64,000 nucleotides of DNA from assembly GCA_964527765.1 (NCBI GenBank), contig CAZGQR010000003.1, positions 75,366-139,365 on the forward strand, given 5' to 3'. A program made the position numbers and the translations under genes. This DNA is from an uncultured Planctomycetia bacterium (GTDB lineage Bacteria > Omnitrophota > Gorgyraeia > Tantalellales > Tantalellaceae). A model generated the notes under the pieces. The model did no database searches. It was given only the letters and a program-made list of their open reading frames with translations, and was not told where the DNA came from. This document shows, piece after piece, positions 21,668 to 29,963 of the stretch. Position 1 is the stretch's first letter. Each line of letters starts with the position of its first letter.

Positions 21668-22767
21668 GCCGCCAGCTGCATAGGCAGCACCACGTAGGTG
21701 TATTCCTCTCCGTGCCGCACTACTCCCGGCTTGTTGGAATCGTTGACCTCAAAAACAATTTTCTCGTCCGACAGGTTTTTCAGGACATCTATAAGGTATC
21801 GGGGGTTAAACCCTATTTCTACGTCCGGCCCCCCTTTATATTCCACGTCTATCTCCTCTTTTGCCTCTCCGAGATAAGGGGTGTTTTTGGAAATGGTCAT
21901 TTTCTTTTTCTTTATATTAAGCTTGATCGCCATGGAGTCCTGGTCCGTGAAAATACTGGCTCTTCGCGCGGCGGATAAGAACTCTTCTCTGGGTATTTGT
22001 ACTTCCTTCGGCGACCTTTCGGGGATGACGTTCCTGTAGTTGGGGTATTCCCCTTCTATCAGCCTGGACAGGACGAAGCTGTTCTCAAAAGAGAACAGGA
22101 CCTGGTTGTCGCTGAACTTGATCTGCACTTCACCTTCATCCCGCAGCATCCTTTTTACTTCCTGAACTGTTTTGGTCGGGATAATGGCGTCCCTGTCCAC
22201 AAGCGTCTTTTTTGAAAGACGTTTCTTGACCAGCGCCAGCCTTCTGCCGTCTGTCGCCACCACGGATATTTGATCTCCCTTTACGCTGAGCAGTACGCCG
22301 TTCAACACAAACCGGGTGTCGTCTTTACTGATGGCGAAATCCGTGAGGTTCAGCATTTCCCTTAAGATGCTCTGTTTGATGGTAATGGAATCTTTGTCTT
22401 TGAAGGCCGGTAGTTGGGGAAATTCCTCTTGAGGCAGGCCGATTATCTTGAAAAGGGCTTTTCCGCTTTTTATTATCACAAAGTTGTTTTTTTTCATAGA
22501 AAGGTCCACGTCGCTTCCGTCCGGAAGGGCTTTGATGATGTCAAAGAATTTTCTTGCCGGTATCGTTGTCGCTCCCGCCTGTTGGGTTGTAATAGGTATC
22601 GTCGCGCATATCCCTATATCAAGGTCCGTGGCCGTTAATTTTAGATTGTTGCCTTCCACCTCAAGCAAGACATTGTTTAAAATAGGAAGGCTGCTTTTGG
22701 GGGATATTGCGTTTTGGACGATCTGGATACCTTCCATTAAGGTGTCTTTTGTTGTTTTTATTTCCAT
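21664..22767 (-). CDS. dnaN: DNA polymerase III beta sliding clamp
   Basis: 367 aa; three-domain clamp; N-terminus MEIKTTKDTLMEGIQIVQNAISPKSSLPILNNVLLEV. Confidence 0.9.
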
Positions 22768-22931
22768 TTCTTCCTCCTATGTAACCACTGTTTTACTACA
22801 AGTAAGAATATATTAAATATTGTAGTCGTATTAGTAAAAGAGCCTGTAAGTTGTGTGATTTTACGATAACCCCCCGCCAGAAAAGAACTTGCATTATTAA
22901 CAACCTGTGGATAAGTACGGGATAACTTTAA
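22768..22931. promoter_or_regulatory. dnaA-dnaN intergenic region with DnaA box and AT-rich tract (possible second oriC module)
   Basis: TGTGGATAA (complement of TTATCCACA) at 22906-22914; AT-rich aagaatatattaaatattgtagtcgtattagtaaaag. Confidence 0.4.
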
Positions 22932-24341
22932 TTATTTTCTTATAAGCGCAGTAAGCTTTTCTATAACGCTTTTTGTTTTTTTGTTTTCTTCGATCTCCCT
23001 GCTTATTTTATCACAAGCATGGAGCACCGTTGTGTGGTCTCTCCCCCCGAAGAAACCACCGATATCCGGCAGGGAATAATCCGTCATTTCCCGCGAAAGG
23101 TACATGGCAAGCTGCCGGGGGTATACTATGGCGCGCGTCCTCTTTTTTGTTTTCATGTCAGGTTCTTTGATGTCAAAAAAGCCCGCGACGACCTTTTGTA
23201 TCAGATCAACGGTTATCTTCTTCTCCTCGGCCGCCAACATGCCCCGGAGGACCTCTTTAGCAAGGGCGACCGTTATTTCCTGTCCTGTAAGTTTTGCGTA
23301 CGCGACGACACGGATAAGGGCCCCCTCCATTTCCCGGATGTTTGTCCGTATGTTCTCCGCGAGAAAATACAGGACCTCCTTGGGAACCTTTACAGATTCA
23401 TTCTCGCTCTTTTTTTCCATGATGGCTATCCGCGTTTCAAAGTCAGGCAGCTGTATATCGGCGATCAGGCCCCAGGCGAACCTGGACACCAGGCGCTCCT
23501 CGAGACCCTGTATTTCCTGGGGGGACCGGTCGCTGGAAAGGACGATCTGTTTGTGCGCGTCATGCAGCGCGTTGAACGTATGAAAGAACTCCTCCTGCGT
23601 GGACTCCTTTCCGGCAATGAACTGGATATCGTCTATAAGAAGGATATCGACGTTTCTGTATCTGGCGCGGAACTTCGGCGTGGCCTTGGTCCGTATGGCG
23701 TGTATCAGCTGGTTGGTAAATTCCTCGCTTGACATGTACAAGACCCGGGCCTTTGGATGCCCTTTCAGGATCTCCTGTCCCATGGCCTGCATCAGGTGGG
23801 TCTTGCCCAGGCCGACCCCGCCGTACAGGAACAGCGGATTGTAAACCTTGGAAAGCTTTTCACAGACAGCCAGCGCCGCAGCGTGCGCGAAGCGGTTGCT
23901 CCCCCCGACAACAAAATTGTCGAAAGTGTAGTTGGGGTTGAGCCCCAGTTCCCGGTGGCGGCTTTCCGGCACCTGCCGCGTGCTGCTGAACACGGACTTC
24001 AACCATCCGACCGACTGTTCTTTATCCTTGGCTTCCGCGGGAACGGCCGGGGAGGAAGCGCGCCTTTCCCCGCCGCCGTCTTTTGCGTCGCTCTCGGAGG
24101 GCTCTTCAACGATCTCGAACTTTACCAGCAGACTTTTCCCGGAAGCCTGCTGAAGTGCCGTCTTTACCAGGCTTATATATTTTTCCCGGATCCAGCTCTC
24201 AAAGAATTTATTAGGGACTCCGAGGGTGATGGACTTGCTGTCCAGAGAAACCTGTGTTATAGGAAGGAACCAGGCATTAAAAATCTGGTCGTTCACTTCA
24301 GACTGAAGAATGGATAAGGCCTTTTTCCAGATATTTTCCAT
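22932..24341 (-). CDS. dnaA: chromosomal replication initiator protein DnaA
   Basis: AAA+ Walker A LFLYGGVGLGKTHLMQA; C-terminal DNA-binding domain; 469 aa. Confidence 0.95.
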   Translation of the reverse strand: MENIWKKALSILQSEVNDQIFNAWFLPITQVSLDSKSITLGVPNKFFESWIREKYISLVKTALQQASGKSLLVKFEIVEEPSESDAKDGGGERRASSPAVPAEAKDKEQSVGWLKSVFSSTRQVPESRHRELGLNPNYTFDNFVVGGSNRFAHAAALAVCEKLSKVYNPLFLYGGVGLGKTHLMQAMGQEILKGHPKARVLYMSSEEFTNQLIHAIRTKATPKFRARYRNVDILLIDDIQFIAGKESTQEEFFHTFNALHDAHKQIVLSSDRSPQEIQGLEERLVSRFAWGLIADIQLPDFETRIAIMEKKSENESVKVPKEVLYFLAENIRTNIREMEGALIRVVAYAKLTGQEITVALAKEVLRGMLAAEEKKITVDLIQKVVAGFFDIKEPDMKTKKRTRAIVYPRQLAMYLSREMTDYSLPDIGGFFGGRDHTTVLHACDKISREIEENKKTKSVIEKLTALIRK

Positions 24342-24550
24342 TGCTGCGGGGCAAATCTATAATAAATTGATCAACAGAACGCCGAAATTTTCCACAAAAA
24401 AGAAACGGGATATCAACAGGTTATCCACAGGCTGTGTGCAAGTGTTTTTCGAGATCCGGCAAACATTGAGATTCATTATATACGGTAGGCCCGCCCATTG
24501 CAAGCATTTTTTTTGAAAGAAAAAAGAGAATTTAAGCTCCCCAAAAAAAC
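24342..24550. promoter_or_regulatory. candidate oriC (DnaA boxes plus AT-rich unwinding element) at the strand switch
   Basis: Perfect TTATCCACA at 24420-24428; one-mismatch TTTTCCACA at 24387-24395; AT-rich cattttttttgaaagaaaaaagagaattt; divergent dnaA/rpmH. Confidence 0.5.
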
Positions 24551-24578
24551 TTGACTTAGCATTGGGTTGTGCTATAAT
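24551..24578 (+). promoter_or_regulatory. sigma70-type promoter of rpmH-rnpA-yidD-yidC
   Basis: TTGACT (24551-24556), 16-nt spacer, TATAAT (24573-24578). Confidence 0.55.
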
Positions 24579-24627
24579 CATAAAACTCATTTTCGGTTGA
24601 TTTATAGGAAGTAAAAGGAGCTTTTCC

Positions 24628-24765
24628 GTGAAGAAAACTCTAAGACCCAAGTCTAATCTGAAGCGTAAAAGGAAACACGGGTTCCGCAAGCGGAGCAAGT
24701 CTAAGGCGGGACGGGCGGTGTTAAGCCGGAGACGGAAAAAAGGCAAGAAAGTCCTGTCTGCGTGA
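24628..24765 (+). CDS. rpmH: 50S ribosomal protein L34
   Basis: GTG start after AAAGGAG RBS; translation [45 protein letters not shown]; ORF too short for the track. Confidence 0.8.
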   Translation: MKKTLRPKSNLKRKRKHGFRKRSKSKAGRAVLSRRRKKGKKVLSA

Positions 24766-25112
24766 AAATAAGGCACATTTTAAAAGCGAAGGATTTTGCT
24801 GATATCGTAAAGAGCGGCGAAAGAGCGCGCGGGCGGACACTCGCTCTGTATGTCAAGCATGGAAGCGGGGAAGAAAAAACATCAGTCGGGGTTGTTGTCT
24901 CCAAAGAGTTCGCGCCCTCGGCCGTGAAAAGGAATTATATAAAACGCCTGGTTTATTCGTACTTTCAGGACCGCGAACAGCCCCTGTCGCAAGGGATCAG
25001 GGTGGTTGTCAGGCTGATCAGGGACGTCAAGGAACTGAGAAGGAAGCCCCTGTCGCAAGGGATCAGGGGAGAGCTCGAGGCCCTGGCAAAGAAAATCGGG
25101 ATAAAAGCATGA
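24762..25112 (+). CDS. rnpA: ribonuclease P protein component
   Basis: RNR-like motif [10 protein letters not shown]; overlaps rpmH stop (GTGA); contains an internal 24-bp direct repeat. Confidence 0.75.
   Translation: MKIRHILKAKDFADIVKSGERARGRTLALYVKHGSGEEKTSVGVVVSKEFAPSAVKRNYIKRLVYSYFQDREQPLSQGIRVVVRLIRDVKELRRKPLSQGIRGELEALAKKIGIKA
24979..25068 (+). repeat. perfect 24-bp direct repeat (AGCCCCTGTCGCAAGGGATCAGGG) x2 inside rnpA, 66 bp apart
   Basis: Copies at 24979-25002 and 25045-25068; encodes the repeated peptide PLSQGIR. Confidence 0.6.
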
Positions 25113-25324
25113 AGAGACTCATGATCGCGGCGATAAAAGGATACAAAAAATTCATAAGCCCTTACATTATAAGGAGTTGCAGATACGCGCCCACCTGTTC
25201 CGAATACGCCGTAGAGGCCCTGGAAAAATTTGGTTTTTTCCGGGGGATCATGATGGCCGCCTGGAGGATCCTGCGGTGTAATCCTTTCTCTCGCGGGGGT
25301 TTTGATCCCGTGACCAAGGAGTAG
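25109..25324 (+). CDS. yidD: membrane protein insertion efficiency factor YidD
   Basis: YAPTCSEYAVEA...CNPFSRGGFDPV consensus. Confidence 0.85.
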   Translation: MKRLMIAAIKGYKKFISPYIIRSCRYAPTCSEYAVEALEKFGFFRGIMMAAWRILRCNPFSRGGFDPVTKE

Positions 25325-25341
25325 CAAGAAGGAATTATTCG

Positions 25342-26964
25342 ATGGAAAAAAGGATGATCATAGCGATAGCGTTATCTTTGTTGGTCCTGCTGGGCTTTCA
25401 AGGGCTGGTCGCCAAAAGACACGCGCGTGTCCAGGTCGCGACCCCGGCTCCCTCCATGGGGGCGCCTGCCGGAACGGCTGAGAGGCCTCCCGCCGGCGAG
25501 ACCGCGATCCCGGCGGCAAAGTCCCGACAGGTTCCTGCCGGGGAAACCCTGGAAGAAAACATTACGGAGATCCGAACGGAGCTCTATGCGCTCGCCTTTT
25601 CCGATATGGGCGGGAGCCTGAGGAAACTGTCCTTGAACGAATATCGGAAACAGGACGAGGAAGAAGTTCTTTATGATGAGGAGAACCCGGCGGAAAGGCT
25701 CTTTGCCATGCGGAGCGAGCTTTCCCCGGGGTTAGAAAACAGGAAATTCGAATTGTTCAAAACAAGCGGGACGCTGGAATACAAGCTAACTGATCCGGGC
25801 TGGCTAGAGATAACGAAACGGTACACTTTTCACAAGTCTTTTGGTTATATCGACTTAGAGGTTTTCGCCAAAAACCTTTCGCCACGCAGAATCGTTTTTT
25901 CATATCAGATCGTAGGCCCTTCCGGGCTGGAAAGATCGGATCACATCGCCGGGAGAAGCTTTTTACAGGCGGATACGATGATAGACGGCAAGCTCTGGAA
26001 AATAAAATCTGTGAAGGGAGTGCAGGAGAGAACCGGGGACATATCCTGGACAGCGCTTAAGAACAGATACTTTGCGCTGATGCTCAAGCCATTCAACGCG
26101 CCCAGATCCGTGGCAATAACACAAACCGGGGACAAAAACTTTTTAATCGCCCTGAACAGCCGGACCTGCGAGCTGGAACCCGGGACGGAAACTGAAGACC
26201 GGTACCTGCTGTATGCGGGGCCTTTGGATGAGGAAAGAATCGCGGCAGCCGGCTATGATATGCAGAAGGTAGTGGATTACGGCTTTTTCGGGGGGGTCAG
26301 CAAGGCGCTGCTCTCTGTGTTACGCTTTTTCCACAAGTGGGCGCACAACTGGGGGGTGGCGATAATCCTTCTTACCATCCTGATCAATGCCGTCTTGTTC
26401 CCGCTCACGGTCAAGAGTTTTTCTTCGATGCAGCAAATGAAAACAATTCAGCCGCACATACAAAAACTGAAGGAGCTCCACAAAGATAACCCGCAGAAAC
26501 TCAACAAGGAGATGATGGAGCTATATAAGAAATACAACGTAAACCCTCTTGGCGGATGCCTGCCGCTGCTTTTGCAGATGCCCATATTTATAGCTCTTTA
26601 CCAGGGCCTCATGCGGTCCGTTGAGCTGAAAGGGGCGCAGTTTCTGTGGATAAAGGATCTGGCGAAGCCGGATGCGGTCCCCCTCCCGTTTTCTTTGCCG
26701 GTTATCGGCACGAATATAAACATTTTGCCGCTTCTTATGGTAGGCGTTATGATGTTACAGCAGAAGATCTCTCAGGGGGCTGCAGCCGGGACGATGACAA
26801 GCGAACAAGCCAGTCAGCAGAAAATGATGATGATGGCCATGCCTCTGCTTTTCGGCGTCCTTTTTTACAAGATGCCGGCGGGGTTGGTTCTTTACTGGCT
26901 GACGAACACGATCCTGATGACTGCGGAACAGAGTCTTATCAGCAAGCGCATAAGCAGAAATTAA
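25342..26964 (+). CDS. yidC: membrane protein insertase YidC
   Basis: 540 aa; N-terminal TM, periplasmic domain, conserved C-terminal TM core (NPLGGCLPLLLQMPIFIALY). Confidence 0.9.
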   Translation: MEKRMIIAIALSLLVLLGFQGLVAKRHARVQVATPAPSMGAPAGTAERPPAGETAIPAAKSRQVPAGETLEENITEIRTELYALAFSDMGGSLRKLSLNEYRKQDEEEVLYDEENPAERLFAMRSELSPGLENRKFELFKTSGTLEYKLTDPGWLEITKRYTFHKSFGYIDLEVFAKNLSPRRIVFSYQIVGPSGLERSDHIAGRSFLQADTMIDGKLWKIKSVKGVQERTGDISWTALKNRYFALMLKPFNAPRSVAITQTGDKNFLIALNSRTCELEPGTETEDRYLLYAGPLDEERIAAAGYDMQKVVDYGFFGGVSKALLSVLRFFHKWAHNWGVAIILLTILINAVLFPLTVKSFSSMQQMKTIQPHIQKLKELHKDNPQKLNKEMMELYKKYNVNPLGGCLPLLLQMPIFIALYQGLMRSVELKGAQFLWIKDLAKPDAVPLPFSLPVIGTNINILPLLMVGVMMLQQKISQGAAAGTMTSEQASQQKMMMMAMPLLFGVLFYKMPAGLVLYWLTNTILMTAEQSLISKRISRN

Positions 26965-26971
26965 GGCCGCC

Positions 26972-27172
26972 ATGAAAAAAGCAAAGCTCACTAAAACCAT
27001 AGAAGTAGAAGCTACCACCAGAGAAGAAGCTATTCGAAAAGCGCTCAAGACATTAGATGCCCACAGAGAAGATGTGACCATAAGGGTTATCCAGGAAGAA
27101 AGTAAAGGCCTTTTTGGCATGGAAGGCGCCAAACCCGCCAAAGTAAAAGTCACCCTCAAATCCCACAAATAA
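26972..27172 (+). CDS. jag: Jag N-terminal domain protein (truncated Jag/KhpB; KH and R3H domains absent)
   Basis: TIEVEATTREEAIRKALKTLDAHREDVTIRVIQEESKGLFGMEGAKPAKVKV matches the Jag_N pattern; only 66 aa. Confidence 0.55.
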   Translation: MKKAKLTKTIEVEATTREEAIRKALKTLDAHREDVTIRVIQEESKGLFGMEGAKPAKVKVTLKSHK

Positions 27173-27215
27173 GCAGATTCCAGGCAACCATTCAAGCGCT
27201 CAAAGTGCGACGCAA

Positions 27216-27292
27216 GGACCGTTTGTCATGCTCCTACCAGGGCCCCTCCGCCCGGTGTGGATCCTCCCTGTACGGAGCATGACAAACGGTCC
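27216..27292. repeat. long inverted repeat: perfect 19-bp stem with 39-nt loop that can form 5 further pairs
   Basis: GGACCGTTTGTCATGCTCC (27216-27234) and GGAGCATGACAAACGGTCC (27274-27292); inner CAGGG/CCCTG pairs; no T-tract on either strand. Confidence 0.6.
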
Positions 27293-27309
27293 AACCGCTG
27301 GCTACCTTG

Positions 27310-27325
27310 GTTTCCACGTGGAAAC
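27310..27325. promoter_or_regulatory. 16-bp perfect palindrome GTTTCCACGTGGAAAC, parS-like, upstream of the parAB promoter
   Basis: Differs from canonical parS TGTTTCACGTGAAACA by one extra C:G pair in each half. Confidence 0.45.
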
Positions 27326-27385
27326 TTTTACTTTAATGCACCATTATTCCGGACCGGAAAAACATCAACTATTTTGCCCCTGCCC

Positions 27386-27414
27386 TTGACTTTGTGAAAA
27401 TCATGTGCTATATT
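27386..27414 (+). promoter_or_regulatory. sigma70-type promoter for parA-parB
   Basis: TTGACT, 17-nt spacer, TGcTATATT extended -10. Confidence 0.5.
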
Positions 27415-27457
27415 TTTTGCAAATAAAAAGTTTCACCCGCACAGTTGATCAAAGATA

Positions 27458-27471
27458 TTTCCACGTGGAAA
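27458..27471. promoter_or_regulatory. second copy of palindrome TTTCCACGTGGAAA in the parA 5' leader
   Basis: 14-bp perfect palindrome about 25 nt upstream of parA ATG; adjacent GTTTCAC half-site at 27429-27435. Confidence 0.45.
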
Positions 27472-27496
27472 CCAAGAGGCGGACAGCGAAAACAGC

Positions 27497-28315
27497 ATGA
27501 AAAAAATAGCTTTCTGTAATCAAAAAGGCGGTGTGGCAAAAACGACGTCGGCCTTAAATATTGCTGCGTACCTCGCCTTGAATGGCAAAAAAACCCTTCT
27601 GATCGACCTGGACCCTCAGGCTAACGCCACCAGCGGACTCGGCATCAATAAAGACGAAATACGACACAGCATTTATAATGTTCTCCATGAACACATCGGG
27701 CTGGATGAGGCCATCAAACCTACCGAGATCGACCTCCTGTCAGTGCTCCCCTCAAACATAAATTTGACCGGGGCGGAAGTTGAATTGGTAAATGTTATGG
27801 GCAGAGAGTACCGTCTCAAAAAAGCCGTGCAGGAGGTGCAAGGGAGTTTCGAGTTTATAATCTTTGACTGCCCGCCCTCCTTGGGCCTTTTGACGATAAA
27901 CGGGCTGACCGCAGCGAATTCGGTGATCATCCCCATTCAGTGCGAATACTACGCGCTCGAGGGGTTGAGCCAATTGATCAAGACAGTAAATCTCGTCCGG
28001 GAGAATCTCAACGGAAAACTGGAGATAGAAGGTGTTTTAATGACGTTGGCGGACTACCGGACAAATTTGACGAAAGAAGTCATAGGTGAAGTCAAACAGT
28101 ATTTTGGCGACAAGGTATATAAGTCTATAATCCCGCGGACAATAAAGCTTACAGAAGCCCCGGGGTTTGGAAAACCGATAGCTCTTTATGCAAAAGATTC
28201 GGTTGGCGCAAAAAAATATGAGGAAGTGACCCGGGAGATCCTCAAGCTCCCACTAAAAACAGAACCCATTGAAAATGAAGGAGTTACAACAAATATGGAG
28301 GAAAGTTATGGATAA
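27497..28315 (+). CDS. parA: chromosome partitioning ATPase ParA/Soj
   Basis: Deviant Walker A KGGVAKTT; 272 aa. Confidence 0.9.
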   Translation: MKKIAFCNQKGGVAKTTSALNIAAYLALNGKKTLLIDLDPQANATSGLGINKDEIRHSIYNVLHEHIGLDEAIKPTEIDLLSVLPSNINLTGAEVELVNVMGREYRLKKAVQEVQGSFEFIIFDCPPSLGLLTINGLTAANSVIIPIQCEYYALEGLSQLIKTVNLVRENLNGKLEIEGVLMTLADYRTNLTKEVIGEVKQYFGDKVYKSIIPRTIKLTEAPGFGKPIALYAKDSVGAKKYEEVTREILKLPLKTEPIENEGVTTNMEESYG

Positions 28316-29141
28316 AAGACTGGGGAAAGGATTAGACGCTCTTATTTCGGAAGATGTCAGTAAAGGCAAAGAAAAGGTTGAAAAAATCAGAACATCAGAG
28401 ATCGCGCCCAATCCCCTTCAACCAAGAAAAAGGTTCAGCGAAGAAAAAATGGACGAACTTATTTGTTCCATACGGGAAAAAGGAGTCATCCAGCCGGTGT
28501 TGCTCAGGCCCACAGGAGGAGGATACGAGCTTGTTGCGGGGGAACGGCGCTGGCGGGCCGCGCAAAAACTGCAGATCGAAGAAGTTCCCGCCATAATAAG
28601 AGACGACATAGACGACGCCAACAGCCTGGAGATCTCGCTTATTGAAAACATCCAGAGAGAAGAGCTGAACCCCATAGAAGAAGCGAATGCTTATCAGGAA
28701 TTGATCGGCCAGTTTGAATATACGCTGGACAAGGTCGGGCAGATGATGGGAAAGGACAAAACAACGGTTTCCAACAGCCTGCGGCTGTTGACCCTCCCGG
28801 AGGAGATACAGAACTATGTTGAAGAGGGGAAGATCTCTGCCGGCCACGCTAAGGCCATCCTGTCCATCACCAGCGAACAGAAGAGGAAAAAAATCGCCAA
28901 AACAATAATGCGAAAAGGAATTTCCGTCCGGGAAACGGAACAGCTGGTGCGTAAGCTTACGGAATCGAAACCGAAGCTGAAAAGAACGAAGGAACCCGAA
29001 ATAGCGCAGATCGAAGAGGCCTTGCAGCACAAACTTGGCACAAAAGTGACCGTTCACAAAGGGCAAAAAAGGGGGCGCATCGAGATCCAGTATTTTTCCA
29101 ATGAAGACCTTCAGCGTTTATTGCGGCTGATCCTTCAGTAG
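28308..29141 (+). CDS. parB: chromosome partitioning protein ParB/Spo0J
   Basis: GERRWRAA ParB box, HTH region; start ATG 28308 after GGAGG (8-bp overlap with parA) chosen over ORF start 28269. Confidence 0.85.
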   Translation: MDKRLGKGLDALISEDVSKGKEKVEKIRTSEIAPNPLQPRKRFSEEKMDELICSIREKGVIQPVLLRPTGGGYELVAGERRWRAAQKLQIEEVPAIIRDDIDDANSLEISLIENIQREELNPIEEANAYQELIGQFEYTLDKVGQMMGKDKTTVSNSLRLLTLPEEIQNYVEEGKISAGHAKAILSITSEQKRKKIAKTIMRKGISVRETEQLVRKLTESKPKLKRTKEPEIAQIEEALQHKLGTKVTVHKGQKRGRIEIQYFSNEDLQRLLRLILQ

Positions 29142-29156
29142 GGGGGCGAATAGAGA

Positions 29157-29211
29157 GGGGCGGATCCGGCATTATCCAGCAGGAAAGCGGGCCCGCCCCG
29201 TTTTTTATTTT
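29157..29211 (+). terminator. rho-independent terminator after parB
   Basis: GGGGCGG...CCGCCCC GC-rich hairpin followed by GTTTTTTATTTT. Confidence 0.5.
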
Positions 29212-29224
29212 CCCGCGAAAACGC

Positions 29225-29253
29225 TTGACATTATACCGCTAAAGTAGTATTAT
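29225..29253 (+). promoter_or_regulatory. sigma70-type promoter of the pyr operon
   Basis: TTGACA, 17-nt spacer, TATTAT. Confidence 0.5.
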
Positions 29254-29274
29254 CCTTTGAGAGAAAAGACCTTT

Positions 29275-29367
29275 TAAACTGGTCCGGAGAGACCTGAAAA
29301 GGAGCAAAGAATGAATAAATTAAAGTTGATAAGCCTGCTTGTCTCGTGACAGGGAGGCTTTTTTTGT
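29275..29367 (+). promoter_or_regulatory. PyrR-responsive transcription attenuator (binding loop, 12-codon leader ORF, terminator)
   Basis: GGUCCGGAGAGACC at 29281-29294 matches the PyrR binding-loop consensus UCCNGAGAGG; leader [15 protein letters not shown] at 29311-29349; imperfect hairpin plus TTTTTTT at 29331-29367. Confidence 0.55.
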
Positions 29368-29407
29368 GTCTATGGACCGGGCCAGGGGAAAGAGACAGAG
29401 GGACGAG

Positions 29408-29947
29408 ATGGAACTTAAACTAAAGTCAAGGATACTGGATGCAGAGGGCATAAAAAGAACGCTACAGAGGATATCCCATGAAATACTGGAAAAGAACCAG
29501 GGCGGGGTCGAATTGGCCATAATCGGCATACGGTGCAGAGGAGCATATCTGGCCGAAAGAATAGCGGAGAACATAAAGACGATCGAAGGAAAAGAAACCC
29601 CGGTGGGAGCGCTGGACATCACCATGTACAGAGACGACCTTACGGAGATCGCGGAACAACCGGTGGTGCATTCGACGGAAATAGAGTTCGATATAACAGG
29701 CAAAAAGATCATTCTTGTGGATGATGTCCTGTTTTCCGGGCGGACAGTGAGATGCGCCCTGGATGAGCTTATCGATTTCGGCAGGCCGGCGAATATCCAG
29801 CTGGCGGTTCTTATAGACCGCGGGCACAGGGAATTGCCGATAAGGCCGGATTTTGTCGGGAAGAACATTCCGACGGCAAAGGAAGAAAGCGTCGAAGTGA
29901 GACTGAAAAATGTGGATGGAGTGGAGGAAGTGGTTGTCTTAGCATAA
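29408..29947 (+). CDS. pyrR: bifunctional pyrimidine operon regulator / uracil phosphoribosyltransferase PyrR
   Basis: PRTase motif [12 protein letters not shown]; start at ATG 29408 (GAGG RBS) rather than 29339, which lies inside the attenuator. Confidence 0.85.
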   Translation: MELKLKSRILDAEGIKRTLQRISHEILEKNQGGVELAIIGIRCRGAYLAERIAENIKTIEGKETPVGALDITMYRDDLTEIAEQPVVHSTEIEFDITGKKIILVDDVLFSGRTVRCALDELIDFGRPANIQLAVLIDRGHRELPIRPDFVGKNIPTAKEESVEVRLKNVDGVEEVVVLA

Positions 29948-29963
29948 AACGGGGACTGAAGCC

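Noticed and set aside
27310-27471. Repeated palindromes considered as a CRISPR array or canonical parS
   Set aside because: Only two copies, 148 bp apart, with no regular spacer structure and no cas genes, so not CRISPR. They do not match the 16-bp canonical parS exactly (one extra bp per half), so they are reported only as parS-like candidates.
29339-29407. Upstream ATG (29372) and ORF-track start (29339) for pyrR
   Set aside because: They lie inside the attenuator terminator hairpin and U-tract. PyrR homologues begin near [10 protein letters not shown], and the ATG at 29408 has a GAGG RBS.
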